NCBI GenBank assembly: GCA_024421095.1
Contig: JAHQYM010000002.1
Coordinates: 4,279 to 68,278, forward strand
Direction: 5' to 3'
Origin: Acidimicrobiia bacterium
GTDB lineage: Bacteria; Actinomycetota; Acidimicrobiia; Acidimicrobiales; Aldehydirespiratoraceae
Length of the DNA stretch: 64,000 nt
In this document: positions 19,093-27,537 of the stretch, one piece after another
Layout of the letters: each line of letters opens with the position of its first letter
Numbering within the stretch: position 1 is the stretch's first letter
Notes under the pieces: model-generated
What the model saw: the letters and a program-made list of their open reading frames with translations, nothing else
Databases searched by the model: none
What the model was told of the DNA's origin: nothing
Program-made: the position numbers and the translations under genes

Positions 19093-19699
19093 GCCGGATG
19101 TTAACTGTAGAGGGTGCTAGTTGGCTCTGTGATGTTTTGGGTAGCTGGTGGGGGTAATCGGCATCGTTGAACCAAGTTGGGTCGCTGGGCTCATAGTCGA
19201 TAACTTGCAGTCCTTGTACCGCTCGTTTCGGTGCCCGTTCGCCGTGGGCAAAAGTGCGCTCAAGGGTAGGTAGCGATCTTCGGTGCCAGACGGCATGTAG
19301 CCATTCCCTTTGCCCATTCACTACTGGAACTGCGATGTCGTTGCTGCCAAGTGTTTGCCGCAATGCATGTATTGCTGCGGCGTTCGGTTGGGTTAGATCG
19401 CAGGAAAGGACCGCCACGGGGTTTGTGCGAGCGTGACGCAGCGCGGTAATGATTCCCCCAAGAGGGCCTTGTGCAGGCCACGCATCGGCCAGATAGCGCA
19501 GACCTAGTGCAATGGTTTTCTGTTCGTCGCCACCGATTACGGTGACGGTAGTTGCGCCCGCATCGCGCAGAGCGTCCGCTGCTCGTTGCAGCATCGTGAT
19601 GCCGTCCACTTCGATGAAGGCTTTGTCAGTGCCCATCCGCTGGCTCGCCCCGCCAGCGAGAACCACGCCAGCAAACGCGCCGTTGACACCTCGGGACAC
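19085..19699 (-). CDS. mobA: Molybdenum cofactor guanylyltransferase MobA
   Basis: FAGVVLAGGASQRMGTDKAFIEV and DAWPAQGPLGGI are family-typical. I prefer GTG 19699, which overlaps the upstream TAG by 1 nt, over the track's 251-aa form whose Arg/Ser-rich N-terminus overlaps the DUF3151 gene. The 3' end overlaps the rnd start by 8 nt. Confidence 0.8.
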   Translation of the reverse strand: MSRGVNGAFAGVVLAGGASQRMGTDKAFIEVDGITMLQRAADALRDAGATTVTVIGGDEQKTIALGLRYLADAWPAQGPLGGIITALRHARTNPVAVLSCDLTQPNAAAIHALRQTLGSNDIAVPVVNGQREWLHAVWHRRSLPTLERTFAHGERAPKRAVQGLQVIDYEPSDPTWFNDADYPHQLPKTSQSQLAPSTVNIRHA

Positions 19700-20118
19700 T
19701 ATTGTGCGGTCCAATCGGGATCTAGTTGACGTAAGAATAATGCACAGCGTTGCGCCTCTTGGGTTTCTCCGATGAGCGCGGCGGTGGCTTGAAGTCCGGC
19801 TAGCGAACGCAGAAAGCCGCGGTTGGTTTCGTGTTGCCAACGAACGTAACCACTCCCCCGCCAGCCGTTGGCGCGCAGCCGGTCGAGGCCTCGGTGATAG
19901 CCGGTGCGATATGTTGCGTATTTGAGTGCTGGGTCGTCAAGTGCGTCTCCAAGCGATGCCCAAGCGGCGAGCATTGCTGGCCAACGGACACAAACTAGAG
20001 CGATGCTCGTTGCTAGATCTGCGGATTGTTCAGCATTCGCAAGCGCTTCAAGCGCCTCAGCGGATTCTTCGTCTAAAACTGTTTCTGGCAGACCCGCCGA
20101 CATTTGTACTTGATGCAT
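19699..20118 (-). CDS. DUF3151-family protein
   Basis: YRTGYHRGLDRLRANGWRGSGYVRW...NRGFLRSL...IGE..EAQRCALFLRQLDP matches my recollection of the actinobacterial DUF3151 family. Confidence 0.7.
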   Translation of the reverse strand: MHQVQMSAGLPETVLDEESAEALEALANAEQSADLATSIALVCVRWPAMLAAWASLGDALDDPALKYATYRTGYHRGLDRLRANGWRGSGYVRWQHETNRGFLRSLAGLQATAALIGETQEAQRCALFLRQLDPDWTAQ

Positions 20119-20177
20119 GGGTGGAGCCTAACCGCCTCGGGTCGTGTCTCACTCACTGTAAGGTATGCTTTACGGGT

Positions 20178-20498
20178 ATGTCGGCTGCTGCGCTCCCGAG
20201 TTGGCTTGATCCGTTGTTGCTGCAGTGGATCATTGTGGTCGCGTTGGTGGTTGTGGCGTATTTGCTGTATCTTGTGGCGCGTTTCGTGCGCCGTCTGATC
20301 GCGAAGGTGTTGTTGCTGGTAATCCTTGCCAGTTTGGGGGTGTCTTTATGGATTCAACGAACCGACCTGCAAGATTGCGCTCGTACCTGCGAATGCCGCC
20401 TCTATGGCCAAGAAGTGGTTATTCCAGTTGATCAACTCCCCGAAGATTTGCGAACTGTCGACACCAACGGTGTGCCAACCTGCTTGAACGCATCATGA
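20178..20498 (+). CDS. Hypothetical two-TM membrane protein with a Cys-rich tail (106 aa from ATG 20178)
   Basis: Hydrophobic helices WIIVVALVVVAYLLYLV and VLLLVILASLGVSLWI, followed by CARTCEC...C. The longer track form (from 19926) would overlap the divergent DUF3151 gene. Confidence 0.5.
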   Translation: MSAAALPSWLDPLLLQWIIVVALVVVAYLLYLVARFVRRLIAKVLLLVILASLGVSLWIQRTDLQDCARTCECRLYGQEVVIPVDQLPEDLRTVDTNGVPTCLNAS

Positions 20499-20696
20499 AA
20501 TCACTTGGCGGTCTAAGGCGCGTGGTGGCATCGAGGTGTGGTTGCCTTCAACCAGCCCGTTGCTGATTTCACCGCGTCCGCGATTGGGTTGTGTCTGGCG
20601 CTAGCCAACCGTGTCGATGCCTCTTGCGTTGACCGCCGGCTGGTTTGTGCATGCAGCGGTCATCTTGTGTGTATAGCGGACAGATCGTGTGGTAGT

Positions 20697-22031
20697 ATGG
20701 CCAACATGGAAACGCAGCGGCCCCAAGAGCAACCTGATAAGAACCCTTTCTCTCCGAGTTTCGGTACGGTTCCAGTGGCCCTAGTCGGGCGTGATGCCAT
20801 CTTTGCAGACCTGCACGAGGGCCTTGAAGTTGGGCCGACCGACGTTCGATTTACCAGTTTGATCTTGGGTTTGCGCGGTTCCGGAAAAACTGCGATGCTC
20901 ACCGAGATTGAAGAACGGGTGGCGCGAAATGGCTGGGTTGTGATCTCAGTGGATGGTGTAGCGGACGGGTTGCTAGATCGTGTGTCTGAGATGATTGCTC
21001 AAGCGTCGCGTACGTATCAGACACCTGGATTAGATGCCCTGAGCGGTGCTCGGTCGACAGAGCGAGAGCGAAGCGTTAAGGTCGGCTTTTATCATCAAGC
21101 ATGGATCGAAAAGGAAATTTTTTATCCTAATGTCAACATGGGATTACGCGAGCGACTCACGTTGTTGGCTGAAGTTGCTCAGCGGGCGGATTCGGGTGTG
21201 CTGCTAACGGTAGACGAACTGCACAGTGCCAACCAAGATGAGGCTAGGCGCTTGGCGAGCGACGTTCAGCACATCACGAAGAGAAGTCGCTTGCCCCTGG
21301 CATTTGTCGGTGCCGGATTATTAGAGATGAAATATACAGTAATGGAAGGACACAAGAACACATTTTTCAAAAGGATCCGCCGATACGATTTGCCACCTCT
21401 CACGCATGGGGATGCTCTTCAGGGGCTCAGAGGGCCAATTCACGAAATGGGCGGGTCCATCGCGAAATCGGCTTTGCGACTCGCTGCCTCTTGCGTTGAT
21501 GGTTCACCATACAAACTGCAGTTGATTGGCCATACTGCGTGGCAAGTGGCTAACGCACCAACGAACGAGATTGATGAACTCTCCGTTGATTTAGCGATCG
21601 AGTCAGCAGAAAACACAATGTTGCATAATATCAGCGAACCTGCGTTTTATGACCTTTCAAATAATGAACAGGAATACCTCATTGCTCTTGTGACGCTCGG
21701 TGAAAAGGGAACCAATAGTGCTATTGCTCAGACAACCGATACTAATGAACGGACAACCCGCAGGATCGCTCGCAGGCTTGATTTGGCCGGCTACATAGTT
21801 AGAGATTCGCGGGGCGTGGCTGCGTTAACTGGGCTTGTACCGGCAAGCGTGATCATCAAAGAAGCCGGTTTGGACATCGAGGACACAAATGTGGCACCTT
21901 ACGGTTGCTCTAGCGCGGGCACTGTTTCGTTGTCTGCGGTTGCGGTACGACCTTGCAGAGAGTGGATGCCTCGGTCCCAGGCGCGGTGTGTTTTGCTGTT
22001 GGGCCACGCCGGTAGATGCCGTTCAAAGTGA
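20697..22031 (+). CDS. P-loop NTPase (AAA_16 / ORC-Cdc6 / archaeal-ATPase-like) with a C-terminal winged-HTH and a Cys/His tail
   Basis: LVGRDAIFADLHEGL is followed by Walker A GLRGSGKTAML and Walker B VLLTVDELH. A wHTH-like segment follows (EQEYLIALVTLGEKGTNSAIAQTTDTNERTTRRIARRLDLAGYIVRD). The tail reads GC...PC...C...H...C. The start is taken at ATG 20697 (MANMETQ). Confidence 0.75.
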   Translation: MANMETQRPQEQPDKNPFSPSFGTVPVALVGRDAIFADLHEGLEVGPTDVRFTSLILGLRGSGKTAMLTEIEERVARNGWVVISVDGVADGLLDRVSEMIAQASRTYQTPGLDALSGARSTERERSVKVGFYHQAWIEKEIFYPNVNMGLRERLTLLAEVAQRADSGVLLTVDELHSANQDEARRLASDVQHITKRSRLPLAFVGAGLLEMKYTVMEGHKNTFFKRIRRYDLPPLTHGDALQGLRGPIHEMGGSIAKSALRLAASCVDGSPYKLQLIGHTAWQVANAPTNEIDELSVDLAIESAENTMLHNISEPAFYDLSNNEQEYLIALVTLGEKGTNSAIAQTTDTNERTTRRIARRLDLAGYIVRDSRGVAALTGLVPASVIIKEAGLDIEDTNVAPYGCSSAGTVSLSAVAVRPCREWMPRSQARCVLLLGHAGRCRSK

Positions 22032-22093
22032 GTTCCGTTTTGTAGGGTCGCGATATTCAACTAAGATATTGCACTTTAACCTGCTCGGAACCT

Positions 22094-23329
22094 TCACCTC
22101 GACCCAAAACGCGAAGGGCTTTCTTGGTCGGTTGGCTTAGGTGGGTAGGTCAATTTGTTCTTGTTTGCTTGGTTTAGTTGCATGGCTTGTTGGCATTGTT
22201 CTTGGTGTTTGGGTGGCGTGTTGTTTGTGCAATACTCTTTAACAGTTTGAATGTCGATTACTTGCACTTCTGCGTTTGCTTCGCAGTTGTTTACCAATTT
22301 TGCGTAATACTCTTTGTGGTTGCCGAAAGCATCGGCAGAATAATAGTTGGGTTGGCTTACTGGATCGATGATTACACGGTCACCGGCCTTAATCGGGCCG
22401 ATTTCACCATTCCAAAGCGTCCGCGTTCGGGGGTCGTAACGAACTTGCGGGAAAGGCAAACGAAGCAACACCGAGAGTGGGTATCCGTTCGGCTCGGTTG
22501 CTTGCCATGTGTCTCCCCACAGTGCCGTCTGTTGCGTTGACGATGCTGTTGGGAACACAATTACGCAAACCCGGTCACCGTTATCAGTCGAATCGAACTT
22601 TTCGAAATGTATCACCCCAATGAGTCGAGTCAACTCCAACTCTAGGTTGGGATGATAGGGAAACATTCTATGTATCTCAGGCACTGGAAATGATGTCGTC
22701 GGTGGCGGTACTCCACGATCCTGATTTTGGGTGGCATTTTCGATTTGTTGACATATGTCGCTAAGTTCATCAGAAGCCGGATTCTCGCAATCTGAAAAAC
22801 TGAGACCTTCTAAAAGTTCCTCATGATCTTCGCAGTCGCTCCTCTCCCAAGTAGTCGCTGGGTTTTCGCAATTTAGTGGGGTCAGTAAGTTGGTATGGTT
22901 CCACCGCTGAGCAGTGCATCGATTCCAAAACAAAATGTCGTCACCTATTACAGCGCTACCATTCAAGTATACGCGGTCTCCGGTCACAAGAGCGGTATCG
23001 TTGAACCAAAGTGTTTCAGTGACATGATCAAGACGAAATTCTGGATAAGACAACTCCAAAGCCACACGTTCGCCATCGCCCAACGCTAAATACACACAAG
23101 GCGGTTCAATCACCAAAACCCCTGGCTCCCCTTCAAAGTTGCCCGAAGTATTCGGGTGATCTATCCACATCCCCGGCAACGACGGCACCAACCAACTTAG
23201 ATTATCTGAAACGGCAATCTGTGCCTGTTCAAACCCATCTTGCGCGTCGTTAGTACAGTTCGCCACAAGCAAGACTAAACACAAAAAAATGAGGGCACCA
23301 ACCAGCAACTTAGACACGCCCACCATCAT
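22094..23329 (-). CDS. Hypothetical secreted protein or lipoprotein with an internal domain duplication and a Cys-rich acidic linker (411 aa)
   Basis: N-terminal signal (LLVGALIFLCLVLLVANC). There are two related modules: LELSYPEFRLDHVTETLWFNDTALVTGDRVYLNG and LLRLPFPQVRYDPRTRTLWNGEIGPIKAGDRVIIDP. The linker repeats the CENPA motif (NCENPATTWERSDCEDH...SDCENPASDELSDIC). GC is clearly below that of the flanks. Confidence 0.65.
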   Translation of the reverse strand: MMVGVSKLLVGALIFLCLVLLVANCTNDAQDGFEQAQIAVSDNLSWLVPSLPGMWIDHPNTSGNFEGEPGVLVIEPPCVYLALGDGERVALELSYPEFRLDHVTETLWFNDTALVTGDRVYLNGSAVIGDDILFWNRCTAQRWNHTNLLTPLNCENPATTWERSDCEDHEELLEGLSFSDCENPASDELSDICQQIENATQNQDRGVPPPTTSFPVPEIHRMFPYHPNLELELTRLIGVIHFEKFDSTDNGDRVCVIVFPTASSTQQTALWGDTWQATEPNGYPLSVLLRLPFPQVRYDPRTRTLWNGEIGPIKAGDRVIIDPVSQPNYYSADAFGNHKEYYAKLVNNCEANAEVQVIDIQTVKEYCTNNTPPKHQEQCQQAMQLNQANKNKLTYPPKPTDQESPSRFGSR

Positions 23330-23376
23330 GAACCCAAACTACACACACGCGCTGCCCAATAACCGAAATAGATTCC

Positions 23377-23670
23377 TCAACTCTTCATGCAGGCCAGCCA
23401 CAGCGACGGCATATGAACCCCCGGTTCAGCACCCGTGAGTGATACCCAACCACCAAAACCTTCACGATGCTCAATGCCCCAACCAGCTAACCGCTCCGAC
23501 TCGAACTTGCGTATCTCCGCGAAGTCATCACCAGCAGAATTGGAAGCCTCAACGCCCGCAACAGCATCTGCCGATTGAGCCTCATGCGCCACTCTAGCAG
23601 TCGTTACGGCGAACACCGCCACGAGAATTAGGGAAACCACTGTGATTAGTTTTTTTGGATTCTTGATCAT
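23377..23670 (-). CDS. Hypothetical small secreted or membrane-anchored protein (97 aa)
   Basis: N-terminal signal/TM (KKLITVVSLILVAVFAVTTA). It lies 47 nt upstream of the lipoprotein gene on the same strand. Confidence 0.5.
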   Translation of the reverse strand: MIKNPKKLITVVSLILVAVFAVTTARVAHEAQSADAVAGVEASNSAGDDFAEIRKFESERLAGWGIEHREGFGGWVSLTGAEPGVHMPSLWLACMKS

Positions 23671-23709
23671 TGAAACGTACCAAGCGCTCGGGGACAGGGA
23701 TCAAAACAG

Positions 23710-23738
23710 AAAATACCTAACAATCCGACAATTGTCAA
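23710..23738 (-). promoter_or_regulatory. Candidate sigma-A/sigma-70-type promoter, TTGACA-N17-TATTTT
   Basis: Minus-strand read: cTTGACAattgtcggattgttaggTATTTTc. The -35 is at 23738-23733 and the -10 at 23715-23710, about 40 nt upstream of the ATG at 23670. Confidence 0.4.
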
Positions 23739-23793
23739 GGCGTGATTTGGTTTTTCTTGTTTGTGGTGCGATTGGTTTGGTGCGAAGCGCCCT

Positions 23794-25224
23794 TTAGGGC
23801 ACACGCTCAATACGCAAGACGTTGGTGGAACGGCTGCTGCTATCAGAACCTGCAAGCACACTCACCAATTCTCCGCTTCGCACATGGCCATCTGCTTTGG
23901 CTAACCGCAACGCCTCGCGAACCATTTCCTCGTTGCTGCCACCCTTATTGATACGCATAGGAATAGTCCCCCAACTCAAAGTAAGTTGCTGAACCGTTGT
24001 TTCATTAGCAGAAAACCCCAAAATAGTAGCTTCGGGACGGAACCGAGACATTGACCGCACCGTAAAACCCGAACCGGAAATACAAATAATGCGTTCGATC
24101 CGAAGCTCTTGGGTAGCACGCCAAGCAGCCATAGTCATCGCATCTGTAACCGATGCCGTTGCCTCTGAACGATCAGTCATACGCATCTCAGCTAGTTGCT
24201 TAGCCCAACTTTCGTAATCCATTTCCTCATCGGCTCGAGCCGCGATACGGCTCATAGTGCGGATCACATTCACTGGGTCGGCACCAATCGCGGTTTCACC
24301 AGAAAGCATCACCGCCGATGAACCATCAAAAACCGCGTTAGCCACATCTCCCGCTTCGGCTCTAGTGGGAGCCGGGCTTGAAATCATCGACTCAAGCATC
24401 TGCGTGGCAGTAATCACTGGACGACCACCAGCAATGCAATCTTTAATGATCGCCTTTTGTAAATGCGGCAAATCTTCAAGACTGCACTCAGTGCCGAGGT
24501 CACCCCTAGCCACCATGATCGCCCCAGCAGCATCAATAATGCCCGGCAGGTTCTCAACCGCCGCTCGGGTCTCAATCTTGGCTACCACCAGCGGGCCCCG
24601 TGGGTGCGGTTCGGTTCCAACCCGACGAATATCGTGCGCCGAACGCACAAAACTCACCGCCACCATGTCTACACCAAGCTCCACAAACGCATCAAGGGCA
24701 ACGAAATCGCTCTTTGTGGGTGTCGGCATCCGCAAGCGCCGAGACGGCAGATGAACACCTGGGCGACCCACAACCTTGCCCCCATGAATAGCGCTGACTA
24801 GCAACTTTTCGCTGGTGATATCGGTGACTTCAAGCACTGGGCCACCATCGCCAATTGATAACTTATCTCCAATCTCTAGGTCGTTGAGGAGACCCTCGTA
24901 GTCCACCTCAATCACCGAACCATTAGAGGCAGTTTGCCCAACCCGCAACTCGATAGTGCTACCAACAGCGATTAGCGAACCGTTCTCCTCAAATTTTGCG
25001 GCTCGCACTTTCGGCCCAGGAAGATCAACCAAAATGCCAACACGTTTACCTTCTGCTTCCGCTGCCGCTCGCACTCGACGATAACGCTCAATGCCCTCCT
25101 CGAGAGTGCCGTGAGCAAGACCAATCCGAGCCACATCCATGCCAGCACGGATCATCTCTCGCAAGGTCGCCTCGTTTTCAGAAGCAGGCCCAATAGTTGC
25201 CACAATTTTGGTACGTCGATGCAT
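23794..25224 (-). CDS. pyk: Pyruvate kinase
   Basis: MHRRTKIVATIGPAS, the MVARGDLG block, VITATQMLESM, and a C-terminal regulatory domain. Confidence 0.95.
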   Translation of the reverse strand: MHRRTKIVATIGPASENEATLREMIRAGMDVARIGLAHGTLEEGIERYRRVRAAAEAEGKRVGILVDLPGPKVRAAKFEENGSLIAVGSTIELRVGQTASNGSVIEVDYEGLLNDLEIGDKLSIGDGGPVLEVTDITSEKLLVSAIHGGKVVGRPGVHLPSRRLRMPTPTKSDFVALDAFVELGVDMVAVSFVRSAHDIRRVGTEPHPRGPLVVAKIETRAAVENLPGIIDAAGAIMVARGDLGTECSLEDLPHLQKAIIKDCIAGGRPVITATQMLESMISSPAPTRAEAGDVANAVFDGSSAVMLSGETAIGADPVNVIRTMSRIAARADEEMDYESWAKQLAEMRMTDRSEATASVTDAMTMAAWRATQELRIERIICISGSGFTVRSMSRFRPEATILGFSANETTVQQLTLSWGTIPMRINKGGSNEEMVREALRLAKADGHVRSGELVSVLAGSDSSSRSTNVLRIERVP

Positions 25225-25253
25225 ACCCTAACCCTAGTAGTGTCAATACCTAT

Positions 25254-26009
25254 ATGACTCATCCCTTTCTTGATCACGAGACACCAATAGCATTCGCGCA
25301 TCGTGGTGGAGCGAAACTAAACCCAGAAAACTCCGAACGGGCTTTTCGCCACGCAGTGGATCTCGGTTTCACGCACCTTGAAACCGACGTGCAAGCAACG
25401 GCTGACGGCGTTGCTGTGATAATGCATGACAAAACACTTGACCGCACTACCGACCACAGCGGTGAAATCTCCAAGATGACTTGGGCGCAGGTTCGTGCAG
25501 TTCGCATTCATGGAAGCGAACGCATCTTGACGGCAATGGAATTGTTGGAGATGTTTCCGAACACCTACATAAACTTTGACGTGAAAAGTGACCAAGCGGT
25601 TGAACCCTTAGCGCAAGCAGTCGCCGCCGCTAATGCGTTGGAGCGCGTGTTGATTAGCGCATTTAGTGACCGCCGTGTCGATCACGCCAGAAAAATCTTG
25701 GGTGACGATTTGGCTTTCGGTGCGGGCAGACGCAGAGTAGCAGCGCTGTGGCTTCGAGCTAGGCGACTCCAAGTTCCCCTAAGGCGAATGCATGCGGCAC
25801 AAGTGCCAACAAACTATGGTCCACTCGCTATCACTACCGCTAGCTTCGTTGCCTCTGCACACAACCTTGGGATCGCGGTTCACGTTTGGGGTGTTGATGA
25901 TGCCGCGAGCATGCATCAGCTTCTTGACCTCGGGGTTGACGGATTGATGACCGACGAATTGGAAGTCTTGCGAAAGGTCTTCGTCGACCGAGGCATCTGG
26001 AAAAATTAG
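25254..26009 (+). CDS. Glycerophosphodiester phosphodiesterase (GDPD family)
   Basis: IAFAHRGG...ENSERAF...GFTHLETDVQATADGVAVIMHD. I prefer ATG 25254, because the track start at 25197 overlaps the pyk start. Confidence 0.85.
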   Translation: MTHPFLDHETPIAFAHRGGAKLNPENSERAFRHAVDLGFTHLETDVQATADGVAVIMHDKTLDRTTDHSGEISKMTWAQVRAVRIHGSERILTAMELLEMFPNTYINFDVKSDQAVEPLAQAVAAANALERVLISAFSDRRVDHARKILGDDLAFGAGRRRVAALWLRARRLQVPLRRMHAAQVPTNYGPLAITTASFVASAHNLGIAVHVWGVDDAASMHQLLDLGVDGLMTDELEVLRKVFVDRGIWKN

Positions 26010-26076
26010 AGACAGTATGCCCCAAAACCAGCTAGCCAACCGCTAAGATAACGCTCACGTGGGAGAGGGCTGTAAT

Positions 26077-27537
26077 ATGAATGGTGTTCCATGCACGGCC
26101 CCCGAATCGCAAGTCGTGGTGATAGGTGCTGGTCCGGCTGGATTAACAGCGGCTTACCAACTCGGGAAAGCAGACCAGCAGGTGACCGTTTTGGAGGCTG
26201 ACGATGTGGTTGGTGGCATCTCTCGCACGGTCAACCGAGATGGCTGGCGTTTCGATATTGGTGGACACCGCTTCTTTACGAAGGTCTCGGCGGTGTCGGA
26301 ACTATGGCATGAGATTCTGAATTCCGAAGAGTTCATCACGCGCCCACGGATGAGCCGCATCTTTTATCAAGGCAAATTTTACGACTACCCACTCAAACCC
26401 TTCAACGCGCTCGCCAATCTTGGCGTGATCGAAGCGGCCCGTTGCGTGCTCTCTTACGTTTGGGTCAAGCTCCGCCCACCAAAAAACCAAACAAAGTTCG
26501 AAGGTTACGTGGCGGCCAAGTTTGGGTGGCGTCTTTACCGCACTTTTTTCAAGACCTACACCGAGAAGGTTTGGGGTGTGCGCGCCGACCAAATCGAGGC
26601 GGATTGGGCCGCTCAACGTATCAAAAATTTGAACCTTATGAACGCAGTGACAAGCGCATTCAAGCCGCGCAGCAAATCTTCTGAAATCACTACCTTGATC
26701 GACCAGTTTTGGTATCCCCAACTCGGTCCTGGGATGATGTGGGAACGCTGCGCGGAGTTGGTTCAACAACAAGGTAACAGCATCGAGTTGAATGCGCCGG
26801 TAACAACAGTTCACCACGCCAACGGACTCGCAACAGCGGTTGTGAGCAGCAGCGACAACGGCACACATGCTCATCGTTGTGATGCAGTGATTTCTTCAAT
26901 GCCGCTAGCCCAGTTAGTTCAGGCCATGGACCCACCGGCACCGCTCGCGGTTCACCGCGCAGCCGCTCAGTTGAAATTTCGCGACTTTTTGACTGTGGCT
27001 CTAGTCGTTCCGAAAGAAGATGGTTTCCCTGATAACTGGATTTATATTCACTCGCCGGAAGTTACAGTTGGTCGGGTACAGAACTTTGGGTCTTGGTCGG
27101 CGGATCTGGTTCCGGACGAGAACAAAACTTGTCTTGGTTTGGAGTTCTTCGTGAATGCAGGCACAGAGCTTTGGGATGCTGATGACGCTGAACTAATCGC
27201 CTTAGCAACCTCAGAAATGGAGATTCTCAATTTGTTGGACCCCAACCGTGTTGAGCGTGGGTTTGTAGTGCGAATGCCCAAGGCTTACCCAATTTATGAC
27301 GCTTCCTATAAGGCGAACGTAAACATCCTGCGTGGGTGGCTTTCGGAAGTGGCCCGCAATGTGCATCCCGTGGGCCGCAACGGTATGCACCGTTACAACA
27401 ACCAAGACCACTCCATGTACACGGCGATGCTCACAGTTGAAAACCTGCTCAACGGTACGAAACATGATGTTTGGAATGTCAATGTGGATGCCGATTACCA
27501 TGAGGCGCAAGCTAAAGGGGCTGCCGTTGGGGGCTGA
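26077..27537 (+). CDS. NAD(P)/FAD-dependent oxidoreductase (amine-oxidase/PPO-like fold)
   Basis: Dinucleotide-binding VVVIGAGPAGLTAAYQL...VLEADDVVGG. ATG 26077 is preceded by GGGAGAGGG. It is clustered with glycosyltransferases. Confidence 0.8.
   Translation: MNGVPCTAPESQVVVIGAGPAGLTAAYQLGKADQQVTVLEADDVVGGISRTVNRDGWRFDIGGHRFFTKVSAVSELWHEILNSEEFITRPRMSRIFYQGKFYDYPLKPFNALANLGVIEAARCVLSYVWVKLRPPKNQTKFEGYVAAKFGWRLYRTFFKTYTEKVWGVRADQIEADWAAQRIKNLNLMNAVTSAFKPRSKSSEITTLIDQFWYPQLGPGMMWERCAELVQQQGNSIELNAPVTTVHHANGLATAVVSSSDNGTHAHRCDAVISSMPLAQLVQAMDPPAPLAVHRAAAQLKFRDFLTVALVVPKEDGFPDNWIYIHSPEVTVGRVQNFGSWSADLVPDENKTCLGLEFFVNAGTELWDADDAELIALATSEMEILNLLDPNRVERGFVVRMPKAYPIYDASYKANVNILRGWLSEVARNVHPVGRNGMHRYNNQDHSMYTAMLTVENLLNGTKHDVWNVNVDADYHEAQAKGAAVGG

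Noticed and set aside
19700-19840. The 47-aa N-terminal extension of MobA in the track ORF
   Set aside because: The Arg/Ser/His-rich sequence overlaps the DUF3151 coding region. The GTG at 19699 sits right before the conserved VVLAGG nucleotide-binding start and abuts the upstream stop.
20578-23790. GCGATTGGgttgtg (about 20581) and GCGATTGGtttggtg (about 23769) as possible att-like direct repeats flanking the low-GC patch
   Set aside because: Only 8 nt are identical with imperfect continuation, which is well within chance for a 3-kb interval. No integrase or tRNA target supports an integration event.
27332-27499. The track's long N-terminal extension of the GT4 gene, overlapping the oxidoreductase by about 200 nt
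   Set aside because: The extension (MGGFRKWPAMCIPWAATVCTV...) has no GT-like sequence and lies entirely inside a well-supported gene. In-frame starts at 27500 and 27527 give a normal-length GT4.
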